DNA of 63,841 bases, counting the filler, from Octopus bimaculoides (lineage: Eukaryota): assembly GCF_001194135.2 (NCBI RefSeq). It is 6 parts of 6 records of this genome, joined end to end, with 100 filler letters (N's around TTAATTAATTAA, not from the genome) between each part and the next. Parts side by side here need not be neighbours in the genome. Positions count along the whole stretch, not along the records: positions 1 to 23,039 come from NC_068999.1; positions 23,140 to 35,229 come from NC_069002.1; 4 more parts are not named here. One strand, given 5' to 3'. The translations under genes and the position numbers were made by a program. Position 1 is the stretch's first letter. Each line of letters begins with the position of its first letter. Shown piece after piece: positions 11,474 to 25,660 of this stretch. The notes under the pieces were generated by a model that worked only from the letters and a program-made list of their open reading frames with translations, did not search any database and was not told the origin of the DNA.

Positions 11474-12589
11474 NNNNNNNNNNNNNNNNNNNNNNNNNNN
11501 NNNNNNNNNNNNNNNNNNNNNNNNNNNNNNNNNNNNNNNNNNNNNNNNNNNNNNNNNNNNNNNNNNNNNNNNNNNNNNNNNNNNNNNNNNNNNNNNNNNN
11601 NNNNNNNNNNNNNNNNNNNNNNNNNNNNNNNNNNNNNNNNNNNNNNNNNNNNNNNNNNNNNNNNNNNNNNNNNNNNNNNNNNNNNNNNNNNNNNNNNNNN
11701 NNNNNNNNNNNNNNNNNNNNNNNNNNNNNNNNNNNNNNNNNNNNNNNNNNNNNNNNNNNNNNNNNNNNNNNNNNNNNNNNNNNNNNNNNNNNNNNNNNNN
11801 NNNNNNNNNNNNNNNNNNNNNNNNNNNNNNNNNNNNNNNNNNNNNNNNNNNNNNNNNNNNNNNNNNNNNNNNNNNNNNNNNNNNNNNNNNNNNNNNNNNN
11901 NNNNNNNNNNNNNNNNNNNNNNNNNNNNNNNNNNNNNNNNNNNNNNNNNNNNNNNNNNNNNNNNNNNNNNNNNNNNNNNNNNNNNNNNNNNNNNNNNNNN
12001 NNNNNNNNNNNNNNNNNNNNNNNNNNNNNNNNNNNNNNNNNNNNNNNNNNNNNNNNNNNNNNNNNNNNNNNNNNNNNNNNNNNNNNNNNNNNNNNNNNNN
12101 NNNNNNNNNNNNNNNNNNNNNNNNNNNNNNNNNNNNNNNNNNNNNNNNNNNNNNNNNNNNNNNNNNNNNNNNNNNNNNNNNNNNNNNNNNNNNNNNNNNN
12201 NNNNNNNNNNNNNNNNNNNNNNNNNNNNNNNNNNNNNNNNNNNNNNNNNNNNNNNNNNNNNNNNNNNNNNNNNNNNNNNNNNNNNNNNNNNNNNNNNNNN
12301 NNNNNNNNNNNNNNNNNNNNNNNNNNNNNNNNNNNNNNNNNNNNNNNNNNNNNNNNNNNNNNNNNNNNNNNNNNNNNNNNNNNNNNNNNNNNNNNNNNNN
12401 NNNNNNNNNNNNNNNNNNNNNNNNNNNNNNNNNNNNNNNTGTGTGTGTGCCTCTGTGTGTGTGTGTGTGTGTGTGCCTGTGTGTGTGTGTGTGCCTGTGT
12501 ATGTGTGTGTGCCTCTGTGCGTGTATTTGTGTGCGAGAGAGAGATAATACCTTGTGGTATTTAATCAGTACAAGTTACATCCCCGATAC

Positions 12590-12732
12590 TCTGAGGTCAA
12601 CTCAGCCTTTCAATAATTGATAAAAGAAAAAAGTGCCAGTTAAAGTATGGGAAAAATCAATTAAGTTGATTAAAGAAAGCACTCGGTGACAGTGCCCCAG
12701 CATGGGCACAGCTAATAGCCAGAAACAAGTCA
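12590..12732 (+). mobile_element. Old chimeric SINE: family B-like core joined to a family A-like tail
   Basis: gaggtcaactcagcctttc... is followed by gtgccccagcatgggcacag...gaaacaagt. Confidence 0.5.
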
Positions 12733-12889
12733 CTGAGCAAATGAATTTTCAATATCAAAAAACAAAAATAGAGAATAAAAAGCATTTGGGTTTTGTTTCC
12801 CGAATTATTCAATTTGGAGGTGAGTTTAATTGTGGAAATTTAATTATAATAAAACCCTGAGTCAATAAAGATTCCTCTATGTGGTTGCT

Positions 12890-13075
12890 CACCTTGCTAG
12901 AAACAGAAGCCAAATCTATCTCAACCAACACTAACAAGATGGAAAAAGAACATGAAACATGAAAAACACATCAGACACTCTGCTATTCCTTAAAAATAAA
13001 GCAGGAAGGTCATGCTTGGAATGTCATTGATCATTGGTTTGCTTGATCGGGCATGACCTTGTTGCACAACAACAA
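12890..13075 (+). mobile_element. Interspersed repeat family C; related copies near 3625-3790, 26420-26600, 38760-38820, 49700-49900, 50395-50590 and 61290-61410
   Basis: The motif ctagaaa(t/c)agcagccaaatctc...ggaaggtcatg/ggatggtc...gatc...aacaacaac recurs on both strands. The family is not classified. Confidence 0.6.
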
Positions 13076-13388
13076 CAACAACAACAACACTTAATTATGG
13101 CAGAATATTGGTAGAAATACTTGACTGATTTGAATTCTTCCTGGCCTACCAATCCAATATTCTCTCCGTTCTCTTGACTGTTCATGCTGTTAGTGATTCC
13201 AGAGTTCCTGGTGCACTGAAATTCCTGATTTTCTCTGAGAATTCAGAGATCTTGTTGCAGAGTTTGTGTACTTAGTGGCCCTGTCTAAACAGCACTGAAT
13301 TCCTCCTGCCAGACTCTTTTTTGTTTTGTTTTGTTTTTTGTTTTGTTTTGTCTTAAATCCTATGTATACGGAAATAGACTGATACATC

Positions 13389-13422
<34 letters not shown>

Positions 13423-13687
13423 TATGTGTACACACATACAAAAGCATACATTAATACATATTCAGCAGGTACATACACATTTACGTACACACACGCAAAC
13501 ACACATTTCATTCATTTTCCACACATTTTCATTCATTAACAGTATTAAAGGTTAAATGAGAAAATGTCAATATATATATGTATGTATATAAGTATACAGA
13601 CCCACATACACACAAATGCACACATGCACACACACCTGCATACATATATATGTACACATACACACACACACATATATATGTACACAT

Positions 13688-13742
<55 letters not shown>

Positions 13743-13765
13743 TGGGTGTGTTAACATATTTGTAT

Positions 13766-14148
13766 TCATGGCTGTGTGGTAAGTAGTTTGCTTACCAGCC
13801 ACATGGCTCCGGGTTCATTCCCACTGCGTGCCATCTTGGGCAAGTGTCTTCTACTATAGCCTCGGGCTGACCAAAGCCTTGTGAGTGGATTTAGTAGACG
13901 GAAACTGAAAGAAGCCCGACATATATATGTATATATATGTATGTATATGATTTGGTGTCTGTGTTTGTCCACCACCACCCACAACATCGCCTAACCACCG
14001 AGGTTGATGTGTTTACTTCCCCGTAACTTAGCGGTTCAGAAAACGGGACTGATAGAATAAGTACTAGGCTTACAAAGAATAAGTCCTTGGGTCGATTCGC
14101 TCGACTAAAGGCGGTGCTCCGGCATGGCCGCAGTCAAATGACTGAATA
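13766..14148 (+). mobile_element. Full-length SINE family A (tRNA head, central TA microsatellite, conserved tail)
   Basis: A-box-like tggctgtgtgg and B-box-like ggttcattccc, then ttgggcaagtgtctt, a (TA)-rich centre, and the tail gctccggcatggccgcagtcaaatgactgaa. Confidence 0.9.
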
Positions 14149-14194
14149 AACAAATTCAAGCATACACCTTTCCGAGCATACACACGTGTGAGTG

Positions 14195-14320
14195 TATTTA
14201 TTCTTTGTAAGCCTGGTATTTAATCTATCGGTCTCCTTTGCTGAACCACTAAGTGACGGGGATGTAAACACACCAAGATCAGTTGTCAAGCGATGGTGGG
14301 GTGACAAACACACAAATACA
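14195..14320 (-). mobile_element. SINE family A tail fragment
   Basis: ttattctttgtaagcctggtatt...acggggatgtaaacacacc...gttgtcaagcgatgg. Confidence 0.8.
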
Positions 14321-14340
14321 TTATATACATATATATATAT

Positions 14341-15030
14341 CATCATCATCATCATCATCATCATCGTTCAACGTCCGTTTTCCATGCTAGCAAGGGTTGG
14401 ACAGTTCGACTGGGGTCTAGGAAGCTAGGAGGTTTCACCAGGCCTCAATCTGATCTGGCAGTGTTTCTAACGCCAACCACTCCGAGAGTGTAGTGGGTGC
14501 TTTTTACGTGCCATCGGCACGGGGATCACAACTACAATTTCCATTTGATTTTGATTTTGATGTACTTGACTCAATAGGTCTCCTCAAGCACAGCTTGTCG
14601 CCCTACGATCCAAGGTACGTTTGAGTGATCTGGGGCTGGTTATGCAACACTGGTGTAGGTTTCAGCTGTGAACTCACTTTATGTGCCGGGTCTTCTCAGT
14701 CACAGCATATCTCCAGAGGTTTCGGTCTTTCGTCATTACCTCTGAGGCCCAATGTTCGAAGGTCCTGCTTTACCATCTCATCTTATGTCTTTCTGGGTCC
14801 ACCTCTACCCTGGATACCTTCAACTGTTTGGGAGTGGCACTTCTTCACACAGCTCTCCTCATCCATTCGTAGTACATGACCATACCAATGCAAACGTCTC
14901 TCTTGCATGCCACATCCAATGCTTCTTATGTCCAACATTTCTCTCAGGGCGCTTACACTGTGTCGTGTGTGCACAATGACGTTACACATCCAGCAGATCA
15001 TGCTAGCTTCAATTCTTTCGAGCTTACGCC
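14341..15030 (-). mobile_element. RTE-clade LINE 3' fragment (ORF C-terminus, 3' UTR and (GAT)n tail)
   Basis: The translation includes [10 protein letters not shown]...[32 protein letters not shown]...GRGGPRKT, typical of RTE C-termini (RRLRWYGHV..GRPRKTW). Confidence 0.9.
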
Positions 15031-15098
15031 TATATATATCTGTGTGTGTGTGTGTGTGTGGATGTATATATGTATGTGTGTGTTTGTGTATCTGTTCG

Positions 15099-15130
<32 letters not shown>

Positions 15131-15215
15131 CACATATATACATTGATATGTATGTATATGTATATATGTATATATATACATACATACATATATATATACA
15201 CATATATATGTATAT

Positions 15216-15257
<42 letters not shown>

Positions 15258-15324
15258 GTGCGTGTATATACACACAATGTATATAATACAATGTATATAA
15301 ACACATATCTCTATACCCATATAC

Positions 15325-15356
<32 letters not shown>

Positions 15357-16011
15357 GCGTGTTTTGGTGGGGTGCATAAAGCTTCCACCTGCTTCTTTCC
15401 ATAATACCTCCTGGCTTCATTTGATGTCAGTTGTGTAAATTAAACATAGCTCAAGGTAAATCTTAACATAAAACATCAACCTGCCAGAAAAGCAATGAAG
15501 TCAGGTAGAGGCAGGTACAATGTCAGGTACGGGGGGTACAAAGCAATTTATATCACTCATCCTAAAGGTTAGTTCACAAACACAAAACTAAAAGAAACTT
15601 CTAAACGCTATCCCTACCCCTGCAACCACCTACCTACCCCATCCTGCCAGTGCTGGACCAGTAAAGGGTAGGAAGACAGGGGTGGGAGTACCTTCCATAC
15701 ACACATGACAACATTTCTGATATTAAATGGAGAACCTGTACCACAACATACATGTTAAAATAACTCTCAGGGTAATGAGATCTAATCTAGTTTGGGGTTT
15801 ACTGTTCTCATTCATAATGTCATAGGAAACATTATACTTGTTGTTGTTGTTGTTGCTGTTGAAGATGATGATGATGATTATCATCATCATCATCATGGTG
15901 GTGGTGGTGGTGGTGGCGACTTTTTTATTATATAACCATTGGATCTGTTTGGTTTCTTCATTGGCCCTAGTCAGAGGCCCTCCTCTCACAAAAGGACTGC
16001 ATTATTCACGT

Positions 16012-16225
16012 AGAGATGCGTGGCTTAGTGGTTAGGTTTGTGTTGGATATCATGATCGTAAGATTGTGGTTTCGATTCCTGGACCGAGCGACGCGTTGTG
16101 TCCTTGAGCAAAACACTTCGTTTCACATTGTTCCAGATCACACAGCTGGCAAAAATGAGTAACGCTGCAATGGACTGGCATCCCGTCCAGGGGGGAGAAT
16201 TTATAGCCCATGGTAACCTTACCAT
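16012..16225 (+). mobile_element. tRNA-derived SINE family E (CORE/V-like central region)
   Basis: gcgtggcttagtggttagg...ggtttcgattcctggacc...ttgtgtccttgagcaaaacactt...atggactggcatcccgtccagggg. The domain naming is from recollection. Confidence 0.7.
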
Positions 16226-16357
16226 GCCTGCACCTACATATATATANNNNNNNNNNNNNNNNNNNNNNNNNNNNNNNNNNNNNNNNNNNNNNNNNNNNNN
16301 NNNNNNNNNNNNNNNNNNNNNNNNNNNNNNNNNNNNNNNNNNNNNNNNNNNNNNNNN

Positions 16358-16394
<37 letters not shown>

Positions 16395-16565
16395 ATATAT
16401 ATTTATATATATCTATAAATATCTATCTACCTATATATCTATCTATATATATATATATATAATAAATATACATACATATACCTATGTGTGTGTATATATA
16501 TATATATATACATCACATGTACATGCATAATATACACACTCAGATATATATATGTATGATATATA

Positions 16566-16600
<35 letters not shown>

Positions 16601-16769
16601 AGCATTCTAGTACAATATATATGTATTATTCAAAACCGGGTCGCCATCTTGAAATCAATTCAAACATAAATGGCAAACTCATGGACTTATGCAAATGAGA
16701 TGTTATGTAAATGAACCTTGGGTTTTTACAGTCAATGAAACATGAACCACAACTGTCTTAGCAGCAGCA

Positions 16770-17579
16770 GCACCACCACCACCACCACCACCACTGCTGC
16801 CGCCACCGCCTCACCACAACCATTCGTTTCGTTGTCACTCTATACTGGGATGTAAAAGTGAAATTGATTGATTTATTGAGGATAGTGATGATGATGATGG
16901 CAGTGGTGGTGGTGTAGCTGACGATGATGATGATGATGAGAAGGAAGGCAATTAGAGTGATGTTTACAAGAATGATGATGATGATGATGGTGGTGGTGGT
17001 GTAGTTCACGATGATGATGATGGTGATGATGAGGACAAAGCGGTTGTTATCAATGACAAAGGTGGAGGTGCAACTCAATTGGGGAAGAGAAGCCAAATTG
17101 GTGATGATGATGATGATGATGATGAGGAGGAGGAGGAGGAGAAGTAGAACATAGAAGTTGCAGGTGAGTGTAACAGTGACATATTAATGGTGGACATATT
17201 GATGGTGATGATGATGATGACGACGACGATGGTGATGATGATAGATAATGATAATGATGATGAAGTTGATGATGATGATGATGATGATGATGTTGATGAG
17301 ATCGGTGATGGTGGTGTGTTGGTGGCAGTGATGGGGGTAGCAACGGTGACAGTGGTGATGACGATGACGATGATGACGATGATGACGATGATGACAGTGA
17401 TTGCCACAATGGCAACAATGCTTGTGATAACGAAAGCAGGAGCGATGAACACGACGATGACAAGGCCGAGGCCGACAGCCACAGAGATGAAGGCAACAGT
17501 GGTGATGACGACGACGGTGATGGTGCTGACTGGGATAGATATGAAGATAACACTGATGACAATGACGATGATGACATTC

Positions 17580-17678
<99 letters not shown>

Positions 17679-17700
17679 TTAACGGCATCCACGTCGATGA
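16770..17700. repeat. Compound trinucleotide low-complexity tract (CAC, GAT, GGT, GAC, AAC)
   Basis: Direct inspection. The Thr/Met/Val/Ser-rich ORFs are artefacts of it. Confidence 0.95.
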
Positions 17701-17959
17701 TTAAGTTGCTTTCATATCGACATTACATATGTATTTTTTGTTTTGTTTTGGGGGTTTTTTTTTCTAATATTTCTGTTTATTTTATTTTATATTATTTTAC
17801 ATCCATAAATGAATATTTGCAGAACTATCAATCAAACCAGCATAATATTGTCAACAACAACATCATCACCCGTAACCATCATCACAATCATCATCAACAC
17901 GATAATCGTTCTAATCTCCATTACCACACTATATGTACCTTATGATATAATGCATGCAA

Positions 17960-18010
<51 letters not shown>

Positions 18011-18309
18011 AATATATATATATATTCATATATATTTACATATTCATATATATATAATAATATATATATTTACATATATATATATATTCATATATATATT
18101 TACATATATATATTCATATATATATATTTACATATATATATATATATATTCATATATATATATATATGTACATATATTTATATATATGTATATATATATT
18201 CATATTCATATACATATATATATATATATATAATGCATACAAATAAATAAATAAATATACATATATACACATTTGCATATACAAATGTGGTGTGCGTGTA
18301 TATATATAC

Positions 18310-18380
<71 letters not shown>

Positions 18381-19022
18381 TTTGTATATACATTAAACAT
18401 AGAGCTAAGGGTTTAGTATTTCTTTGTATTTGTGTCAGGAAGAATGGGTAAACAAGAATTTANNNNNNNNNNNNNNNNNNNNNNNNNNNNNNNNNNNNNN
18501 NNNNNNNNNNNNNNNNNNNNNNNNNNNNNNNNNNNNNNNNNNNNNNNNNNNNNNNNNNNNNNNNNNNNNNNNNNNNNNNNNNNNNNNNNNNNNNNNNNNN
18601 NNNNNNNNNNNNNNNNNNNNNNNNNNNNNNNNNNNNNNNNNNNNNNNNNNNNNNNNNNNNNNNNNNNNNNNNNNNNNNNNNNNNNNNNNNNNNNNNNNNN
18701 NNNNNNNNNNNNNNNNNNNNNNNNNNNNNNNNNNNNNNNNNNNNNNNNNNNNNNNNNNNNNNNNNNNNNNNNNNNNNNNNNNNNNNNNNNNNNNNNNNNN
18801 NNNNNNNNNNNNNNNNNNNNNNNNNNNNNNNNNNNNNNNNNNNNNNNNNNNNNNNNNNNNNNNNNNNNNNNNNNNNNNNNNNNNNNNNNNNNNNNNNNNN
18901 NNNNNNNNNNNNNNNNNNNNNNNNNNNNNNNNNNNNNNNNNNNNNNNNNNNNNNNNNNNNNNNNNNNNNNNNNNNNNNNNNNNNNNNNNNNNNNNNNNNN
19001 NNNNNNNNNNNNNNNNNNNNNN

Positions 19023-19074
<52 letters not shown>

Positions 19075-19120
19075 TATATATATATATGAATGCATAATAT
19101 ATATGCATATATATATACAT

Positions 19121-19485
19121 ATTTTATTTGTTTTGGTCATTTGACAGTGGTCATGGAGTACTACCTGTAGTCGAACAAATCGTCCCCAGGACTTATTCTT
19201 TGTAAGCCTAGTACCTATCCTATCAGACCCTTTTGCCAAACCGCTGTGTTACGGGGACGTAAACACACCACCATTGGTTGTCAAACAATGGTAGAGGGAC
19301 AGACGCACAAACATATACATATATGCAACGGGCTTCTTTCAGTTTCCGTCTTCCAAACCACTTACAAGGCTTTGATTGGCCTGAGGCTATAGTAGAAGAC
19401 ATTTGCACAAGCTGCCATGCCGTGGGACTGAACTCAGAACCATGTGGTTGGTAAGCACATTACTTACCACACAGCCATTCCTGCA
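19121..19485 (-). mobile_element. Full-length SINE family A
   Basis: Reverse complement of head, short centre and tail. Confidence 0.9.
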
Positions 19486-19488
19486 CTT

Positions 19489-19545
<57 letters not shown>

Positions 19546-19611
19546 TATATGTATATTTCTTTATGGCCCACAAGGGGCTAAACATAGAGGGGACAAACAA
19601 GGACATAGGTT

Positions 19612-19782
19612 TTAAGTCGATTACATCGACCCCACTGCGTAACTGGTACTTAATTTATCGACCCCGAAAGGTTCAAAGACAAAGTCAACCTCGGCGGAAT
19701 TTGAACTCAGAACGTAAAGACAGACGAAATACCGCTAAGCATTTCGCCCGCTGTTCTAACGTTTCTGCCAGTTCGCCGCCTT
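19612..19782 (-). mobile_element. SINE family B
   Basis: gtcgattacatcgacccc...ttaatttatcgaccccgaaagg...ctaagcatttcgcccg...gccagttcgccgcc. Confidence 0.85.
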
Positions 19783-20404
19783 AAATAATGCAACAATTAA
19801 CACAGACATGCAGTTATTTGAATAAAAATTATTTCATAAATTCATTAAATATCTTCTGTTAAAGAATGCATGTTCATATGCATGTGCATTTCTATGTGCA
19901 CTGAGATAACAGCATGTGGGTTGGTGCAAATGCGTGCAATGTATATGCTATCTAAACTATATCAAACTGCAAGCTAAAAACTTAAGATATCTTTGCAGCA
20001 TGTAAAAGCATTTTTGCAGAGATGCAAGTGCAACTGGTTCGATGCAGTTAGCTGATATGGGCATTAAAATTCCCATATAAGTTTTATATACACACATACA
20101 TATATACGCACATATGTATGTGTGTGTGTGTGTGGTAGATGAAGTTTAACATTAAAACCAGTGTATAAGAAAATAATGGGTAAGGCGAAAACTTGTGTTG
20201 TTACTTGATATCTCCGTTTGAATATCTTCTGTAAATACTGATAGGGCTTTGTACGAATGAGTGCTTAAAACTGCATATCAACTGCAGCTGCCTTTCAGAT
20301 GTGAATCTACAAATGCATTAAATATGCATGTGCTTGTGTGTGTGTGCAGTAGTGATAGTAGTAGAGGTATTATCATCATCCTCATCATCATCATCATCAT
20401 CATC

Positions 20405-20459
<55 letters not shown>

Positions 20460-20892
20460 AAAAGCTTTATTTGAAAAAGAAATGTTTAAACGATTCTAGA
20501 GACTTTAACTAAAATAAAGAAAATGGGATGAAAGGCAAAGTCGATCCTAGCGGCATTTGAACTCAGAACATAATGAATTTGAAAGAAGTGGTGCTAAACA
20601 TTTTCCTGTTTTTTGTTGTTTGTTTGTTTGTTTTTGTTTTTTTTCGGCCTTGTATTGATTGCAGAATAAGTCAAAACCGTATGGTTTGATGGCCTCGATA
20701 GATTGGATAGTAAGGGTGTTCTCCCCACACCCGCTTAAAACATATATCAAGTACACAGCACATTATTAACCACCTGGATGATGTATCGTCCATTCTTAGA
20801 GAAGACCCACGTTTAGATGGTGAGAAATATTACTTCTCAGCATCTATACTTCTCAGTATAGATACTACTTTCGTCTCTTATAGAGATTTTCT

Positions 20893-20936
<44 letters not shown>

Positions 20937-21728
20937 TACATACATACATATATATATATATATATGTGTGTGTATATGTATATATTCNNNNNNNNNNNNN
21001 NNNNNNNNNNNNNNNNNNNNNNNNNNNNNNNNNNNNNNNNNNNNNNNNNNNNNNNNNNNNNNNNNNNNNNNNNNNNNNNNNNNNNNNNNNNNNNNNNNNN
21101 NNNNNNNNNNNNNATATATATATATATATATATATATATAATGATAATAATAATATAAATAATATATATATATATGCATATATACATACATAGATATACA
21201 TACTTGCATCTATACGTATATATATGAATATGTGGGCACAGGACGTCATGAAACGTGTACAACAAAAAAGTACGACTACATGGAACATGAACTATTCTTT
21301 CGAACAATGAAAGACAAATATGCATGCATACATATGTATACAGAGAGAGAGATGCATATACATAAATTTACACATACATGCATGCATGAATGCATACAGA
21401 CATACATACAGGAATGTATACATACATACATGAATGTATACATACATACATATATACATGCATGAATGCATACATATATACATACATGAGTGCATGCATA
21501 CATACATGTAAACATACAAACATGCATACATACATACATACATACATGCATCCATCCATACGTACATATAATTATATAGTTTTCCCGTCTTTTGCCTGCT
21601 GGCTCATCTTTGTCCGTTTGAAACCCTCTCATCTCTCTATCACTTGAGTCTGTCATTGATTGGCAGAAGAAAACTAGGACCGTTTGAAGATTAAATTACA
21701 CACAGAGAAGCCCCCCACCCACCCACTT

Positions 21729-21759
<31 letters not shown>

Positions 21760-22883
21760 ATGAAGTGCCTAAACTTAGATGGCCATTGCTCATATTGTGT
21801 AATACTTTTTGTACTGGTGTGAAAATTCCGTTATTACTTAGTGGGTCATATAGGGGACGGCGGGGACAGTGGGAAGAAAAAGGAGAAAGAGAAGGAGACG
21901 GGTGGTGGTGGTAGTGGTAAGTTCTGGGAGGAGGTAGGGGTGGATGGCTGGGTGCTATAATCAAAGCATTCTACGACAGGCCAGAAGTGTTTTGAGAGTC
22001 CACCCAAGTCAGACAGTCAATTTCACTGACCTCATCATATCTCTTTAATTGCCAGACCACTTATAGCCACACACACACACACAGCCACCCCACCCATCCC
22101 CCATCACACCAACTCATACTTACTTCCTCTAATTTAACATTGTTGACTCATCTCATTATCAACACCAATAATGACTACTTCTACCCCCTCTACACACACA
22201 CACCACTTCCACCACCACCACCACTACTACTTCCATGGTTAGTCATTGAATCTTGATTAAAAGCAAATATATCATGTATGTGTGTGCGTGTGTCCCCAAT
22301 AATCATTTTTCAACCAACGCCGCCGCCACCACCGCCGCCGCCACCACTGTTAATACTAATATTATTAATATTTTATCAACAGCATCATCAACAACAACAG
22401 CAGTAACACTACGTAATTATCAAGACCACTACAACTGCCACCAATACTATTATTACTAATACTCTAACAGTACTAATCTTGTCACTGCCATCAACATCAT
22501 CATCATCGTCATCACCACCACCAACAAAGTGCATTTATCGATGTCACCACTACCACCATCACCACCAATACCACTGATATTACAATTAATAATACTCTAA
22601 AAGTATTGTTACTCTTATTGTAATGATCATCACCAAAAACAGCAGCACTATGCAATTATTAGTGCTCCCACCAGCACCACTACCAAATGATGCTAATATA
22701 AAAGGCAAAAGAGAACGTTGACCTGAGAGCTAAACATCAACTCCTGACCCCACCCCCTCCACACACACGTCATGACCCTCACCATTCATCTTAATTACTC
22801 ACCCACACTCGAGCAACAGACGGTGGGCTTATGTATGTCTCTATGTATGTATATGTATATATATATATATATATAATAGACGC

Positions 22884-23039
22884 TGGAGTGGCTGTGTGGT
22901 AAGTAGCTTGCTTACCAACCACATGGTTCCGGGTTCAGTCCCACTGCGTGGCACCTTGGGCAAGTGTTTTCTACTATAGCCTCAGGCCGACCAAAGCCTT
23001 ATGAGTAGATTTGGTAGACGGAAACTGAAAGAAACCCGT
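22884..23039 (+). mobile_element. SINE family A head, ending at a gap
   Basis: Near-consensus head: ggagtggctgtgtggtaagtagcttgcttaccaaccacatggttccgggttcagtcccactgcg. Confidence 0.9.
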
Positions 23040-25454
23040 NNNNNNNNNNNNNNNNNNNNNNNNNNNNNNNNNNNNNNNNNNNNTTAATTAATTAANNNNN
23101 NNNNNNNNNNNNNNNNNNNNNNNNNNNNNNNNNNNNNNNGTGTGTGTGTGTGTGTGTGTGTGAGTGTGTGTGTGTGTATAGATGTATAATTCTTGGTGAG
23201 AGAACCGCGTGTCTGATTAAACATGTTAGTGTTAATACTTGTAGTTTTAATACTTGTAGTTTTATTGTCTTTTAAACAGTTTAATTATCTTTAAACATAG
23301 CAAGGTTTTTCATATTAGTTTATTACAAGTACTTTTATTAGTTCCTATTTAATTACATTTAATTGTATATTAGTCACTGGTAATTTAATATTATAACTTG
23401 TAGTGGTAATATATTAATGAGTATGTAGTACTTTATTATTAACTTTTGAGTGATGAAATAATGTATTTCACTCATAAAAATATTAGTTAAATTGATTTCA
23501 GTCGTGTTTTGTTTTGGAAAATATTTTATAAGGCTTGAGCTTCATTATAGTATTAATAGTATCTCTAGAAGACCCGTGGGATTACTATTTATATGGACTT
23601 AAAGATTGATCACAATTTAGCATATAATTTAGTTATTGCAGTTTACTATTAATACCAATACAATGTACATTGATTTATACGTATCTTCTAGTTTTATTAA
23701 AAGTAGTGTCTAATCCTGCCTGTATATCGATTGATTGAAATAATGTGGTTATTAAGCGTCTAGTTTTATACTACACTACGGAAGACGGTAGGGATTATAA
23801 TTAGTAGAGCTGTCGTTGTTTAGTTAGGTATTTAGGAATGGTTGTATATATATATATGCATATATATACATACATACATCTATATATATATATATGTATA
23901 TACATATATGTACATGTATATGNNNNNNNNNNNNNNNNNNNNNNNNNNNNNNNNNNNNNNNNNNNNNNNNNNNNNNNNNNNNNNNNNNNNNNNNNNNNNN
24001 NNNNNNNNNNNNNNNNNNNNNNNNNNNNNNNNNNNNNNNNNNNNNNNNNNNNNNNNNNNNNNNNNNNNNNNNNNNNNNNNNNNNNNNNNNNNNNNNNNNN
24101 NNNNNNNNNNNNNNNNNNNNNNNNNNNNNNNNNNNNNNNNNNNNNNNNNNNNNNNNNNNNNNNNNNNNNNNNNNNNNNNNNNNNNNNNNNNNNNNNNNNN
24201 NNNNNNNNNNNNNNNNNNNNNNNNNNNNNNNNNNNNNNNNNNNNNNNNNNNNNNNNNNNNNNNNNNNNNNNNNNNNNNNNNNNNNNNNNNNNNNNNNNNN
24301 NNNNNNNNNNNNNNNNNNNNNNNNNNNNNNNNNNNNNNNNNNNNNNNNNNNNNNNNNNNNNNNNNNNNNNNNNNNNNNNNNNNNNNNNNNNNNNNNNNNN
24401 NNNNNNNNNNNNNNNNNNNNNNNNNNNNNNNNNNNNNNNNNNNNNNNNNNNNNNNNNNNNNNNNNNNNNNNNNNNNNNNNNNNNNNNNNNNNNNNNNNNN
24501 NNNNNNNNNNNNNNNNNNNNNNNNNNNNNNNNNNNNNNNNNNNNNNNNNNNNNNNNNNNNNNNNNNNNNNNNNNNNNNNNNNNNNNNNNNNNNNNNNNNN
24601 NNNNNNNNNNNNNNNNNNNNNNNNNNNNNNNNNNNNNNNNNNNNNNNNNNNNNNNNNNNNNNNNNNNNNNNNNNNNNNNNNNNNNNNNNNNNNNNNNNNN
24701 NNNNNNNNNNNNNNNNNNNNNNNNNNNNNNNNNNNNNNNNNNNNNNNNNNNNNNNNNNNNNNNNNNNNNNNNNNNNNNNNNNNNNNNNNNNNNNNNNNNN
24801 NNNNNNNNNNNNNNNNNNNNNNNNNNNNNNNNNNNNNNNNNNNNNNNNNNNNNNNNNNNNNNNNNNNNNNNNNNNNNNNNNNNNGTATATATAGGTATGC
24901 CTTATGTATATATATATATATATATATAGATATATATACAAACACACACACATACTTACACACACTCACACACACACACACACCTTATTCGCCTCCCTCT
25001 ACGTGAAGCCGGAAAAAAAGGCCGGTAATTTTGAAATTTTAGCATCTGCCATACTTCCTCTTTTATGAATGTGTGTGTGTGTGCGCGCGCGTATATTATA
25101 TTATAATGTATGTATAAATATATCTATAGTATAGTATTTATATGTACATATATGTGTGTGTGTGTGTGTGTGTTTGTGTCTGTGCGTGTGTATGTATGTA
25201 TATGTACGATGTATACCTCGCTATAAGGAAGTGAAAACGAACGCCCCCTTCTCCCTCATTATAGCACAAAAAAAAAAGAAGGAAAAAACAGCAACGAAAC
25301 AATTAAACTCCCACGAGATATTAATGGGGGTCATTTTATACTTCATTTGGCAGGGGGTTAGAGATAAGAGATTGTCATTTTCAAACCATCAGTACGTGTG
25401 GATGTTGTTGTTGCTGTTGTTGTTGTTGTACCTTTAGTTCCTTCTAACACAAAT

Positions 25455-25660
<206 letters not shown>

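Noticed and set aside
13766-13840. SINE heads as tRNA genes
   Set aside because: They have A/B boxes but no complete cloverleaf, and they are attached to SINE bodies.
19800-20340. TGCA/TGCATG (RBFOX-like) enrichment
   Set aside because: Such motifs arise readily from decayed TG/CA/ATGC microsatellites, which are abundant here, and no adjacent exon was identified.
23084-23095. Recurrent TTAATTAATTAA inside N runs (also 35274, 44971, 49506, 60704)
   Set aside because: It is always flanked by exactly 44 Ns on each side (100 bp total) and gives stops in all six frames. This is an assembly spacer, not biology.
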